64,000 nucleotides of DNA from Oscillospiraceae bacterium. GTDB lineage: Bacteria; Bacillota; Clostridia; Oscillospirales; CAG-272. Below, one piece after another: positions 9,853 to 20,425 of this stretch; the stretch's first letter is position 1, and each line of letters opens with the position of its first letter. The position numbers and the translations under genes were made by a program. A model generated the notes under the pieces. The model was not told where the DNA came from and searched no databases. It saw only the letters and a list, made by a program, of their open reading frames with translations. Location: assembly GCA_015064285.1 (NCBI GenBank), contig SVSN01000004.1, positions 23,350 to 87,349 of the forward strand, read 5' to 3'.

Positions 9853-10635
9853 ATGATAAAGCTGCTCTGTCTGGGCGATGTGGTCAGCCGTGCCGGTGTG
9901 AAAGCACTGGAAGACGGCTGCATGAAAAAGCTCAGAGAAAAGTATACACCGGATCTTGTGGTGGTCAACGGTGAAAATGCGGCAGAAGGAAACGGCCTTA
10001 CGGTAGACGCTGCCGAACGGCTGTATGACTGCGGCGCGGATGTTATCACCGGCGGAAACCACACCTGGCGCCGGAGGGAACTGTACCGGATGCTGGATGA
10101 CGCAGAATATCTGATCCGTCCGGCCAATTATCCCGCCGAAGCACCCGGCATGGGGTATGTACTGGTGGAAGTCCAGGGATACACAGTACTGGTAGCCAAT
10201 CTTGCCGGTTGTGTCTATATGGATCCCCTGGCTTCTCCCTTTGACACGCTGGAGAGAATCCTGTCCAGAGAATCCGGCCGGTATGACATTGCCGTATGCG
10301 ATTTTCATGCGGAAGCCACCAGCGAAAAGATGGCACTGGCACGAAAATTCGACGGAAGACTGTCCGCACTCTGGGGTACACACACCCACGTTGCCACGGC
10401 AGATCTGCAGATTCTGCCCGGCGGTACCGGATACATCACAGACCTGGGCATGTGCGGTTCCCATGACGGAATTCTTGGTGTGAAAACCGAAGCCATTCTG
10501 CATAAGTTTCTGGTGAAAACACCGGTGCAGTTCGAGCCTGCCGAAGGCAATGTACAGCTGCACGGCGCCGTATTCACCATCGATCCCGATACGAAAAAAT
10601 GTGTGAAGACCGAACAGGTCTTTCTGAAAATCTGA
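9853..10635 (+). CDS. ymdB: YmdB-family metallophosphoesterase (TIGR00282-like)
   Basis: GDVV, VNGENAA, GNH, DFHAEATSEK and GTHTHV motifs; start set at ATG 9853. Confidence 0.93.
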   Translation: MIKLLCLGDVVSRAGVKALEDGCMKKLREKYTPDLVVVNGENAAEGNGLTVDAAERLYDCGADVITGGNHTWRRRELYRMLDDAEYLIRPANYPAEAPGMGYVLVEVQGYTVLVANLAGCVYMDPLASPFDTLERILSRESGRYDIAVCDFHAEATSEKMALARKFDGRLSALWGTHTHVATADLQILPGGTGYITDLGMCGSHDGILGVKTEAILHKFLVKTPVQFEPAEGNVQLHGAVFTIDPDTKKCVKTEQVFLKI

Positions 10636-10669
10636 CCTTTCCATCCTTTACAGAACAGGAGATATCATT

Positions 10670-12520
10670 ATGTACGCTGAAAAAATCGCCGCCGCCAAGG
10701 CACACTACAAAAACTCCGACAAATACCTGGCCCTGCCCGCAGGTTCCTTCTGCTTTCAGGACACATGGCTGGCCGCAGAGCTGGAAAAGATGACCGAAAT
10801 CCAGCTGAAGGACGCCGGTGTTTGGAAGCTGTTTGTGGAGCTTTACAAGAATCCCGGCGTGGATGACGCAGACAACGGCTGGAGATGCGAATACTGGGGC
10901 AAAATGATGCGGGGTGCCTGCTTCACCTATCAGGTAACCGGCGACGAAGAACTGTACGCCGTACTGCGGGATACCGTGGAAGATATGCTGACTGCACAGG
11001 ATGATCTGGGCAGATTCTCCACCTACTCTGTGGAAGCCGAATTCAACGGCTGGGATCTGTGGGGCCGGAAGTACATCCTGCTGGGGATGGAATATTTCCT
11101 GGAAATCTGTAAGGATGAAGCCCTGGCCGACCGGATCGTAACCGCTCTGATGGCCCATGCGGACTATATTATCGCCCAGTTCGGTTCCGAAGAAGAAGGC
11201 AAGCGGAATCTGGCGAAATCCACCTCCCACTGGGACGGCCTCAACTCCTGCTCCATCATGGAACCCTATATGTTCCTGTACAATATCACCGGCGAACAGC
11301 GGTACATGGACTTTGCCGAATACATTCTGGCTTTCGGGGGCACTGCTACCGTAAACCTGTTTGAAAAGGCATATGAAGACGATACCCCTGTGTACGACTG
11401 GCACGTTCGTAAGGCTTACGAAATGATCTCCTGCTTCGAAGGACTGGCGGAATACAACAAGGTCAAGCCCTGCGAAAAGCACACCCAGGCGCTGATCCGT
11501 TTTGCCGACCGGGTTATGAAGGAAGAACAGGCCATCATCGGCTGTCTGGGCTGTGAACACGAAATCTTCAACCATGCAGCACTGGTACAGTGTGACGAAA
11601 GCCTCCGTGGCATCATGCTGGAAACCTGCGTAACCGTAACCTGGATGAAATTCCTGTGGCAGTTGTTCCGCATCACCGGCGAAATCCGCTATATGGATGC
11701 CTTTGAAGTAGCCGCCTACAACGCCATGTCCGCGGCTCTGAAACGGGAAATCGATCCCGAGGACAACGGCGGTATTCCCCTGCCCATCCACAGCTACAAC
11801 CCCATGATCTGGAACCACCGCTTCCCCAAGAATATCGGCGGCCACAAGACCATCAACGACAAGAGCTGGTACGGCTGCTGTGTCTGCATTGCCACCGCCG
11901 GTTACGCACTGGAAGGCATCGCCGCCGCCTGTGTGGACAAAGATGACAATGTGGTTCTGAATCTGTACCGGAACGGCACCATTAAAACACCTAAGTGTAC
12001 CCTCAGTGCCGAAACGGTTTACCCTGCCAAGGGCGCTGTCCGGTATACCCTGTCCGGTATCACCGATGGGAAGTTCTCCGTTTCTCTCCGGATTCCCGCA
12101 TGGTCCCTGCACACCTCCCTGTATGTGAACAACGAAATTGTGGACGCCGAAGCCGGTACCTATGTAACCATCGGCCGGGAATGGAATAATGGTGACACCA
12201 TCACCCTCAGCCTGGAAATGACCCTCCGTCTGGTACGTCCTCAGGATTTCGTTAAGGAAAGTGAAATTACCGACCGGTTCGCCATCATGAGAGGGCCTGT
12301 GGTATTCGCCATTGACGGTACCGGCGATGAAGAACCCAAGTTTGCTCCCGTGGAACTGCGGGAACTGATGGCAAGTGGTCTTTCCACCACTGCTCCCGTT
12401 CCCTGCCACCTGACCATTGATGTCCCCCATGTGGACGGCCGGATGGCAGAACTGGTGGACTACAGCTCCGCCGCACAGCAGAAGGGCCATAAGCTGTCCT
12501 GCTGGATGAAACTTGACTGA
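10670..12520 (+). CDS. Glycoside hydrolase family 127 (beta-L-arabinofuranosidase-like)
   Basis: EYWGK, KAYEMISC, ETCVTVTW, GCC, LRIPAW and RGPVVFA motifs. Confidence 0.85.
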   Translation: MYAEKIAAAKAHYKNSDKYLALPAGSFCFQDTWLAAELEKMTEIQLKDAGVWKLFVELYKNPGVDDADNGWRCEYWGKMMRGACFTYQVTGDEELYAVLRDTVEDMLTAQDDLGRFSTYSVEAEFNGWDLWGRKYILLGMEYFLEICKDEALADRIVTALMAHADYIIAQFGSEEEGKRNLAKSTSHWDGLNSCSIMEPYMFLYNITGEQRYMDFAEYILAFGGTATVNLFEKAYEDDTPVYDWHVRKAYEMISCFEGLAEYNKVKPCEKHTQALIRFADRVMKEEQAIIGCLGCEHEIFNHAALVQCDESLRGIMLETCVTVTWMKFLWQLFRITGEIRYMDAFEVAAYNAMSAALKREIDPEDNGGIPLPIHSYNPMIWNHRFPKNIGGHKTINDKSWYGCCVCIATAGYALEGIAAACVDKDDNVVLNLYRNGTIKTPKCTLSAETVYPAKGAVRYTLSGITDGKFSVSLRIPAWSLHTSLYVNNEIVDAEAGTYVTIGREWNNGDTITLSLEMTLRLVRPQDFVKESEITDRFAIMRGPVVFAIDGTGDEEPKFAPVELRELMASGLSTTAPVPCHLTIDVPHVDGRMAELVDYSSAAQQKGHKLSCWMKLD

Positions 12521-12694
12521 TTTGTACACAGAGAAGAGATATGCCTTTGGGTATGTCTCTTCTTTTTGTATTTCTGCACAGATTTTTATTGAAAAGCCTC
12601 AAATTATATGGTATAATAACCACAACAACGCACGGTTTACCAAAAATAAATCCATTGAAAACTACCAAAATAACAACAGGAGGAAACCCTTATT

Positions 12695-14641
12695 ATGAAA
12701 AGACGTTCCGACAGTGCCTTTGGTCTCCATTTTGACTTTCACGCCAGTCCGGCTCCCGGCATTGTGGTAGGCGCCACACTGAAAGAAGAAGATATCCGGG
12801 AGATCTGCCAAAAGATCAGACCCGACTTTATCCAGATCGACTGCAAAGGGCATCCGGGTTGGGCTTCCTATCCCACTGCCTGCGAAAACCCCATGCCGGC
12901 ATTCGCTTTTGACACACTGGCCCTGTGGCGCAAAGTCACAAAGGAAGAAGGCGTGGCGCTGTACCTCCATTATTCCGGCGTCATCGACCACCGGTACTGC
13001 GAAAACCACCCGGAAGATGTGGTGGTGAATGCTGACGGTTCACTTGCCAAAGGGATTACCCGCACTATGGGCTTTGCTTATGCGGACAAGCTGCTTATCC
13101 CCCAGCTGAAGGAACTGGCCGGGAAATACGGCGCAGACGGTGTTTGGGTGGACGGCGAATGCTGGGGCACCGCCGTGGACTTTCATCCGGAAACCGTGGC
13201 TGCCTTTGAAGCGGAAACCGGCATCGCTCTGGGCGGAAAACTGCCCGCCGGCCGTGAGGATCCCTACTACAACGAATACCGTGACTTCTGCCGGGAGCTG
13301 TTCCGCCGGTATGTCCGTCATTATGTGGACGCCGTCCATGAAGAATACCCGGATTTCCAGATTGCTTCCAACTGGGCATACACCGACCATATGCCGGAAG
13401 CCGTCACTGCCGATGTGGACTACCTGTCCGGGGACTTCAATCCGTGGAACTCCTTCAACGTAGCCCGGTATGCAGGACGCGCCATTGCCCAGCATAACCG
13501 CACATGGGACCTGATGGCATGGAACTTCCGCGCCCAGAACGGTACCAAGCCCGGCGGCGTACCCAAGCATCCGGTACAGATCATGCAGGAAGCCTCCACT
13601 GTACTGGCGGTGGGCGGCGGTTTCCAGAACTACATCACCCAGTACCGTGACGGTTCTCCCCGGATGGAACAGATCCGCCGGATGGAACCTGTGGCAAAGT
13701 TCGTCCGCGCCAGAGAACCCTACTGCTTCCGGGGCAAAGCCGAACACGAAGCCGTGATTCTTCTCTCCCAGCACGACCGTGCCCTCGAAGCTGCCGGTCT
13801 GTATGCCCGCTCCGGGTACGAGCGGACAGTGGGGCTGACCGCTCTGTTCTGCGATGCAGGTCAGTCGGTAGAGCTTGCCGGGGAATTCACTCTGCGCGGA
13901 AACTGCGATCAGTATAAGATGATTGCCATTCCGGAGCTGGCATACGGTCTGGAAGAAGACATGATCACTGAACTGCTGGGTTATGCCGAAAAGGGCGGTT
14001 CCCTGCTTCTGGCAGGACACAATACCTGCCGGATTTTCCAGAAATATCTGCCTTACACCGTAGACGACAACAACAGAGAACAGCAGTGGCGCTGGGTTTC
14101 TCTGGATCATGAAGAAGTGGGCATGCTCCGTGACGCACACACCATCACCGCAGACGGTGCGGAAACGGTTGTCTGGTACGGTGACCAGGAAAAGGAAACC
14201 ACGGCTCCCGGCGGCGTAATTCTCCCCTGGGGCAAGGGCAAGATCGGTCTGCTGGCAGCGGATATCGGCTGGCAGTATGGTGACTGCGTTCAGTTCATCC
14301 ACAGAAACATCCTGCGTGCCTTCTGCGACCGGCTGTACACGCCTCTGGTCAAGGTGGAAAAAGCCGTGGGTATCGTAGAAATGACAGCCCTGCGGAAGGC
14401 CGGACGGCTCTATGTACAGCTGATCAACGGCAACGGCGGTCATGCCGGTATGGACACCGCTACGGAAGATTTCATTCCGCCGGCACTGGACATTGCTCTG
14501 ACCATCCGTCTGGAAAAGAAACCCGCCGCCCTGATGCTGCAGCCTGCCGGAAAGGTACTGGACTTCGTCTGGGACGACAGAAAAGCCACCGTTACGGTAG
14601 ACCGGGTCGACATTCACGAAATCGTGGAAGTAATCGAATAA
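12695..14641 (+). CDS. Glycoside hydrolase, GHL6/GH151 alpha-L-fucosidase-like
   Basis: LHFDFH, DCKGHPGWASYPT and DGVWVDGE motifs; C-terminal trimerisation-like domain; TTGAAA-N17-TATAAT promoter upstream. Confidence 0.7.
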   Translation: MKRRSDSAFGLHFDFHASPAPGIVVGATLKEEDIREICQKIRPDFIQIDCKGHPGWASYPTACENPMPAFAFDTLALWRKVTKEEGVALYLHYSGVIDHRYCENHPEDVVVNADGSLAKGITRTMGFAYADKLLIPQLKELAGKYGADGVWVDGECWGTAVDFHPETVAAFEAETGIALGGKLPAGREDPYYNEYRDFCRELFRRYVRHYVDAVHEEYPDFQIASNWAYTDHMPEAVTADVDYLSGDFNPWNSFNVARYAGRAIAQHNRTWDLMAWNFRAQNGTKPGGVPKHPVQIMQEASTVLAVGGGFQNYITQYRDGSPRMEQIRRMEPVAKFVRAREPYCFRGKAEHEAVILLSQHDRALEAAGLYARSGYERTVGLTALFCDAGQSVELAGEFTLRGNCDQYKMIAIPELAYGLEEDMITELLGYAEKGGSLLLAGHNTCRIFQKYLPYTVDDNNREQQWRWVSLDHEEVGMLRDAHTITADGAETVVWYGDQEKETTAPGGVILPWGKGKIGLLAADIGWQYGDCVQFIHRNILRAFCDRLYTPLVKVEKAVGIVEMTALRKAGRLYVQLINGNGGHAGMDTATEDFIPPALDIALTIRLEKKPAALMLQPAGKVLDFVWDDRKATVTVDRVDIHEIVEVIE

Positions 14642-14644
14642 ACG

Positions 14645-14688
14645 AAAAAGCCGTGTCCGGTTTCCAAAACTGCCGGATACGGCTTTTC
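14645..14688. terminator. Bidirectional terminator
   Basis: AAAAAGCCGTGTCCGG...CCGGATACGGCTTTT between convergent genes. Confidence 0.75.
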
Positions 14689-14693
14689 TGTAT

Positions 14694-15404
14694 TCACTTC
14701 AGGGCACGGATGTATGCCTGCAGGGCATCAAACCCGCCGTGGGGGTATCTGCCAATGTCCTCCCCTTCGGGAGCAAGCAGACAGTCGGTCAGCAGAAACA
14801 CCTGCATCCCCAGAGAAGCGGCCGGCATATCGTCGCTCACATCATTGCCCACCATCAGGCAATTCTCAGGCCCCACGCCCAGTGTCCGGCAGATGTCTTC
14901 GTAATACGCAGGATTTGGCTTGCAGTACCGGGCGTTTTCGTAGGTCGTGACCAGATCGAAATCCGCCGGCGTCATACCGGTCCAGCGGATCCGGCTGTCG
15001 GTGGCCACCAGAGGGAAAATAGGATTGGTTGCCAGTGCCACACCCAGTCCCAGTTCCCGGCACAGCCGCACTGTTCCGGCAGCCTCCGGTGTGTATCCGC
15101 ATACATCCTTCACTTTCTGGAAGTCCGTCCGGTAGAAATCATCGAACTGTGGAATGTGTTCTCTGGCGCTCTCGCCGTAAATGCCGCAGAAAACATCCCA
15201 GAAAGTGTCTTCGTTGGTCTTTGTTCCATCGTTTCTGACCATAGCGGCCGTTCCCTTCCAGACCGCTTTGATCAGCCCCTCCGGTTCATACCCCAGCGTA
15301 GCCATCTTCTTTGCCAGAAGGTCGAAATAAGTTTTGATAAACAGGTCATAGTCCATGGGCAGCAGGGTGCCGTCCAAATCAAACAGTACAGTGGTAACAG
15401 GCAT
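14694..15404 (-). CDS. HAD-superfamily hydrolase
   Basis: FDLDGTL, KP and MVGNDVSDD motifs. Confidence 0.9.
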   Translation of the reverse strand: MPVTTVLFDLDGTLLPMDYDLFIKTYFDLLAKKMATLGYEPEGLIKAVWKGTAAMVRNDGTKTNEDTFWDVFCGIYGESAREHIPQFDDFYRTDFQKVKDVCGYTPEAAGTVRLCRELGLGVALATNPIFPLVATDSRIRWTGMTPADFDLVTTYENARYCKPNPAYYEDICRTLGVGPENCLMVGNDVSDDMPAASLGMQVFLLTDCLLAPEGEDIGRYPHGGFDALQAYIRALK

Positions 15405-15439
15405 TGCAGTTTCTTCCTTATTTTTGCATTCTGTCAGAC

Positions 15440-15506
15440 AGTATACCATATTTTCCCCGGACTGTCAACGATTCCATTGACAAGGGCCGGATGACCATGT
15501 TATAAT
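15440..15506. promoter_or_regulatory. Back-to-back divergent sigma-A promoters
   Basis: Minus strand TTGACA-N17-TATACT (15468-15440); plus strand TTGACA-N18-TATAAT (15477-15506). Confidence 0.8.
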
Positions 15507-15543
15507 GGCTGTATCCTATACTGAAAACACCGGAGGAACCGAT

Positions 15544-16401
15544 ATGGCTACCCTGTATATGCTGACAGAAACCAGCAAATTCATGATGTCCTTTGTGATT
15601 GTGACCGATAAAAACAACTGTATTGTGGTAGACGGCGGCAGACCGCTGGATATGCCTCTTCTGAAAGAATATGTAGGCGGCAGACACATTTCCGCATGGA
15701 TTCTGACCCACGCCCATGACGACCACATCTCCGGTTTCACGGACGAAATGGCGAAAAACGGCGGCGGGGATTTCGATATCGGCACGGTGTACTACAACTT
15801 CCCGGACTATGACGCCCTGATTGACAACCATGACGTGCCGGACTACAACTACTTCAAAACCGAACTGGAAGAAATGCTGCCGGCGTTCAATGCAGTCAAA
15901 GAAAAGTTTGCCGACAAGGAACATATTGTTACACAGGGAGACTGCGTGGACGTGGACGAAGTGCATATTGAGTTTCTGTACGCCTACCACGACGGTCTGT
16001 ATGCCAATCTGATGAACGACAGCTCTCTGGTTTTCAAGATGACCACTCCCAACACCTCTGTCCTGTTTCTGGGCGACCTTGGCCCCGACGGCGGCGATGT
16101 GCTGTTCCGGGAATCCCGCGACAAGCTGGCTGCCGATATTGTGCAGATGGCTCACCACGGACACATGAACGTATCCATGGAGGTGTATGCCGCCATACTG
16201 CCCAAAGCCTGCCTGTGGTGCGCGCCGGACTGGCTGTATGCGGAACCGGAAGTACCGTCCTATCTTGCCGACGGGGAAAAGCTGCGCCGGATGGGCCGGA
16301 TCCGGATGTACGGTACTGCCCTGACCCGTCGGTGGATGGATCTGCTGGGCGTGGAAAAGCATTATGTCACCGCAGATGGCACGCAGGTAATTCCGCTGTA
16401 A
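15544..16401 (+). CDS. MBL-fold metallo-hydrolase (ComEC/Rec2-like catalytic domain)
   Basis: THAHDDH (HxHxDH), NDSSLV, LFLGD and QMAHHG motifs; GGAGG RBS before ATG 15544. Confidence 0.85.
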   Translation: MATLYMLTETSKFMMSFVIVTDKNNCIVVDGGRPLDMPLLKEYVGGRHISAWILTHAHDDHISGFTDEMAKNGGGDFDIGTVYYNFPDYDALIDNHDVPDYNYFKTELEEMLPAFNAVKEKFADKEHIVTQGDCVDVDEVHIEFLYAYHDGLYANLMNDSSLVFKMTTPNTSVLFLGDLGPDGGDVLFRESRDKLAADIVQMAHHGHMNVSMEVYAAILPKACLWCAPDWLYAEPEVPSYLADGEKLRRMGRIRMYGTALTRRWMDLLGVEKHYVTADGTQVIPL

Positions 16402-16479
16402 GCGGCTTGTCACCCGATAAACACAAAACGCCTCCTGAACTTCATCAGGAAGCGTTTTTTCTTTGCCGACTATGCCGGT

Positions 16480-17697
16480 TTACCGGATTCCGTAATTCTG
16501 GAGGATGTAGTCCATATCCTTATCTCCGCGGCCGGAAAGGTTGATCAGAACAGAGCCTCTGCCCATGGTCTTTGCCAGCTTCATCCCGTATGCCACGGCA
16601 TGAGAGCTTTCGATAGCCGGTATAATTCCTTCCAGACGGGACAGGGTGAAAAAGGCGTCGATAGTTTCTTCATCGTTTACCACATCGTACTTCACTCTGC
16701 CAAGGTCGTGCAGGAAAGCGTGTTCGGGGCCGGAGGAGGGATAGTCCAGACCACTGGCCACAGAGTATACAGGAGCGGGTTCACCGTTTTCGTCCTTCAG
16801 CATGATACTGTTGAACCCGTGCATGATCCCCTCAGTGCCATATTTCAGGCTGGCGGCGTGATCCCCCAGCTTCGGGCCTTTGCCCAGGGGTTCAATCCCG
16901 TAGATTTCCACAGGATCATTCAGGAAGCCGGAGAAAAGACCCATGGCATTGGAACCGCCGCCCACACAGGCAACAACCGCATCCGGCAGTTCCCCGGTCA
17001 TTTCAACAAACTGTTCTCTGGCTTCGATCCCCACCACACTCTGGAAATCACGTACCATCATGGGGAAGGGATGAGGCCCCATGACGGAACCGATGCAGTA
17101 GATGCTGTCTTTATATTCTCTTGCATAGGCGGCAAAAGCGGCATCCACGGCTTCCTTCAGGGTTGCCAGCCCGTGGGTCACTTCCACCACATTGGCGCCC
17201 AGAATCTTCATCCGGGCTACATTGGGCGCCTGTTTGGCGATGTCCACTGTACCCATGTAGATATCGCATTCCAGACCGAAATAAGCCGCCGCCGTTGCCA
17301 GAGCCACGCCGTGCTGACCGGCACCGGTTTCCGCAATCACTTTTTTCTTGCCCATGTACTTGGCCAGCAGCGCTTCGCCCATGCAGTGATTCAGCTTGTG
17401 GGCACCGGTATGGTTCAAATCTTCCCGCTTTACGTACAGCTGCACATTGCCCAGTTTGTCGGAAAGCCGTTCCAGATGGGAGATGGGCGTGGGTCTGCCC
17501 TGGAATTCCTTCCGGATCCGGCGCAGTTCCGCAATGAATTTCCGGGATTTGCAGATGGTGAAGTACGCTTCCGTAATTTCCGCCATGGCCGCTTTCAGTT
17601 CATCGGAAATATAGACACCGCCGTATTTGCCGAAGTAGCCGTCCTTGTCGGGGTAGTTCTTGAAGTAGGTTTCAAAGTCAATTCCGTTGTACAGCAT
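16480..17697 (-). CDS. trpB: Tryptophan synthase beta subunit (stand-alone)
   Basis: [30 protein letters not shown] and NLSGRGDKD motifs; start at 17697 after GGAGG. Confidence 0.96.
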   Translation of the reverse strand: MLYNGIDFETYFKNYPDKDGYFGKYGGVYISDELKAAMAEITEAYFTICKSRKFIAELRRIRKEFQGRPTPISHLERLSDKLGNVQLYVKREDLNHTGAHKLNHCMGEALLAKYMGKKKVIAETGAGQHGVALATAAAYFGLECDIYMGTVDIAKQAPNVARMKILGANVVEVTHGLATLKEAVDAAFAAYAREYKDSIYCIGSVMGPHPFPMMVRDFQSVVGIEAREQFVEMTGELPDAVVACVGGGSNAMGLFSGFLNDPVEIYGIEPLGKGPKLGDHAASLKYGTEGIMHGFNSIMLKDENGEPAPVYSVASGLDYPSSGPEHAFLHDLGRVKYDVVNDEETIDAFFTLSRLEGIIPAIESSHAVAYGMKLAKTMGRGSVLINLSGRGDKDMDYILQNYGIR

Positions 17698-17763
17698 GGA
17701 AAAATCCTCCGTGTAATGAAAATAGAATATGAGATTCTGCAGACCGCACAGAGGGTTTTCCAA

Positions 17764-18046
17764 ACAAAAACGCCCCTGACAGATGGATTCGATCTGCCAA
17801 GGACGAATAATACATATCCGCGGTGCCACCTTGCTTCACAGCCATGACGCTGTGCTCTTGCGGGATACCATCATATCCCCGGCAACTGACGTATGCCCAC
17901 ACGTTGCAGAATACTGAGGACAAAGTTTCCTCCGTCCGGTTCCCTGCACCCTCAGCGGTCCATTTGATGATCTGTGTTTCACCTGACTCTCAGCAGCGCA
18001 GGCTCTCTGTGGAAGCATAATCACCGTTATCTCCGCGTCAACGGTT
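17764..18046 (-). ncRNA. T-box riboswitch, Trp (UGG) specifier
   Basis: AGAGA and GCTG boxes; specifier aaaTGGa (17962-17960); T-box AAGGTGGCACCGCG (17832-17819); terminator with U-run. Confidence 0.93.
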
Positions 18047-18057
18047 TGTTGTGGCAA

Positions 18058-18086
18058 AGTATAGCATATTTCTTTAACTTTGTCAA
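18058..18086 (-). promoter_or_regulatory. sigma-A promoter of the trpB leader
   Basis: TTGACA-N17-TATACT with extended TG. Confidence 0.85.
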
Positions 18087-18105
18087 GAGGGAAACAACGA
18101 TTTTT

Positions 18106-19137
18106 TCATTTTTTTCGGTACGGACACCGCACAACCGGCTCTGTATCCAGCTTTAGCGGCCGGAAACAGGCACAGCATCCCACACATCCAGAGGGCTTGT
18201 CCTCCGCCAGTCTGTGCAGAACCCCAGGATCCTGCATAAACGGTCTGGCCATGGATACAGCGTCTGCGCCTGCATCAAACAGTTCGTCGATATCGTCCAT
18301 AGTCCGGATCCCGCCCACCGCAATCAGCGGCAGAGATGTTTCCCCGCGCAGTCTGCGGATGTTGGCAAGGAAATACGGTTCTTCCGGCATACCACGTCTG
18401 GCTGAACTCCATCCTGAGATTTCCGCTGCATCCAGCCCCAGTTCATCGCACAGGTTCAGAACCGTTACGATAGCCCTGTGGTATTCATCCGTATCGTCCC
18501 GGTCGTCTCCGTTGATTTTCAGAAACACCGGGGTATTTTCGCCGCATACGGTTTTAATCTCTTCAAAAATCTCCCGGATGATCCGGAACCGGTTTTCCGC
18601 AGAACCGCCGTATGCATCGGTGCGATGGTTATATTCCGGATAGAAACATTGGGACAGCAGATACATATGAGCGCCGTGGAGCATCACACCGGAAAAACCG
18701 GCAGTCACAGCCCGCTTGGCCGCCTGGCCGAAGGCTTTCACCACACCGGCAATTTCGTCCGCTGTCATATTGTCCGGCGTGTACACTTTTCTGCCGCCGT
18801 TATGTCCTTCCGCTTTCATCCCGCCGTGCCCAAGCTGCATGACAGCCGGAACACCATTTGCCTGTGCGGCTTTTGCCACAGCGGCGGATTCGGCTAGATA
18901 TTCATCCGACCAGATTGCGTTCTGGTAATCGTTGCTCCGTCCTTCCGGAGATACGCAGGTATGTGCTGTAATGATCATGCCCAGCGGCTGCACGGAAAGT
19001 TCTCTGTATACATCCACTTCATAAGACGGCAGATGAGCGTCCCGGTCGGCGGCAAACATTTCCGTGGCGGAACGCACCGCTCTGCCCGGCAGGGTGATAT
19101 TGCGCAGAGTCAGGGGGGTAAACAGCTTGTGTGTCAT
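18106..19137 (-). CDS. Old yellow enzyme family NADH:flavin oxidoreductase
   Basis: MQLGHGG, LHGAHMYLLSQ, NHRTDAYGGSAENR and VGGIR motifs. Confidence 0.9.
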   Translation of the reverse strand: MTHKLFTPLTLRNITLPGRAVRSATEMFAADRDAHLPSYEVDVYRELSVQPLGMIITAHTCVSPEGRSNDYQNAIWSDEYLAESAAVAKAAQANGVPAVMQLGHGGMKAEGHNGGRKVYTPDNMTADEIAGVVKAFGQAAKRAVTAGFSGVMLHGAHMYLLSQCFYPEYNHRTDAYGGSAENRFRIIREIFEEIKTVCGENTPVFLKINGDDRDDTDEYHRAIVTVLNLCDELGLDAAEISGWSSARRGMPEEPYFLANIRRLRGETSLPLIAVGGIRTMDDIDELFDAGADAVSMARPFMQDPGVLHRLAEDKPSGCVGCCACFRPLKLDTEPVVRCPYRKK

Positions 19138-19162
19138 ACATATACCTCCGGTCTGTCAGCTT

Positions 19163-20398
19163 TTATTTTTCTTTTGGATAGGATTTACGGATGTGCCAGA
19201 ATACGGGAACGGCAGCCAGCGGGAACAGCATCCCTACAAGCATACCCATTTTCATTCCCAGCTGTTCCGGTGCCAGTGCCATAGTTTCGGCAAGCGTGGT
19301 CATGGAAGGGCTGGCGATCACTGCGTCGGTAACAATCCCCACCAGCTGCGGTCCGACGGAGGCACCCAGATCTCCGCCGGCTGCCATCATGGCATAGATG
19401 AACACGCCGGAATCCGGAATCCGGTCTGTAGCGGCGATCAGGCTTCCCGGCCAGAGCATGGAGGTGCAGAACCCGGTGAAGGCACAGGCTGCCAGCCCCA
19501 GTACGGGAATATTGGTCACAGCCGCTGTCAGATAGCATACCGATGCTCCGATAGCGCCCAGAAACAGCACATGTCCGATCCGTCTGCCGCACTTGGCATA
19601 CAGTGTCCGTCCCAGTCCCAGCATCAGTCCGAACATGGCTACACCGAACATATCGCCCCATACTTTGGAGATCCCCAGCGCCTGTTCCAGATATCCGGAG
19701 CTCCACTGTGCCATAGTGCATTCCGCAGAGCCACCCAGGAAAATACCGAACACGCTGAGCCAGAGCGTCTTATTCTTCAGATATGCCAGCGCACCGGACA
19801 CTTTCTCCGGTGTTTCCATCGGCGGAATCTCAGCTCCGGCATACAGGAAGAAGGAAATCAGCGGCACTATCGTGAAAATCAGGGTCAGAATCTGCCAGTT
19901 TTCTCTGCCGAACAGAAGCAGGAAAAGGGTGGCAAACAAGATCACGAACACAACGCCCCAGGCATACACAGAGTGCAGCTTGCTCATTTCCCTGTCGGGA
20001 TCCTTGGCGGGAATGGCGGCAATCACAGGACTGCCCAGCACTTCCCCGAATCCACCGGCAGCAGAAAAGATTATCGTACCGATTACCATACCGGTATAGA
20101 TAGCGCCTGGCAGCAGCCACGGGGTCAGAGCGAAAAATACCAGTCCCGCAAAGGCCAGCACCGGCGTCAGCTTTACCGCCAGCGGAATATTGAATTTGTG
20201 GGAGAAAAAGGTGAAAATCAGGTCAATGGTCAGCTGGGTCATGAAATTGATCAGCACCAGCAGCCCCAGAAGCGAGTAGGAAATCCCATACAGTTCCCGG
20301 AATGTGAGAAACAGTACGGGAGAAAGATTGCCGATGACCGACATGGAGATACTGGAGAAATAACACGCCGCTTTGACGCGTCTGTATTTTGCTTCCAT
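19163..20398 (-). CDS. MFS transporter
   Basis: About 12 hydrophobic segments; KLHSVYAWG motif of sugar-type MFS carriers. Confidence 0.82.
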   Translation of the reverse strand: MEAKYRRVKAACYFSSISMSVIGNLSPVLFLTFRELYGISYSLLGLLVLINFMTQLTIDLIFTFFSHKFNIPLAVKLTPVLAFAGLVFFALTPWLLPGAIYTGMVIGTIIFSAAGGFGEVLGSPVIAAIPAKDPDREMSKLHSVYAWGVVFVILFATLFLLLFGRENWQILTLIFTIVPLISFFLYAGAEIPPMETPEKVSGALAYLKNKTLWLSVFGIFLGGSAECTMAQWSSGYLEQALGISKVWGDMFGVAMFGLMLGLGRTLYAKCGRRIGHVLFLGAIGASVCYLTAAVTNIPVLGLAACAFTGFCTSMLWPGSLIAATDRIPDSGVFIYAMMAAGGDLGASVGPQLVGIVTDAVIASPSMTTLAETMALAPEQLGMKMGMLVGMLFPLAAVPVFWHIRKSYPKEK

Positions 20399-20425
20399 AA
20401 AAATGTCCTTTTCTTGCAATGTTGT

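Noticed and set aside
17698-17829. N-terminal extensions of TrpB, and likewise of YmdB, the sulfatase, ThiG, Gfo/Idh/MocA and the large SBP
   Set aside because: They overlap leaders, promoters or upstream genes; downstream ATGs have proper RBSs
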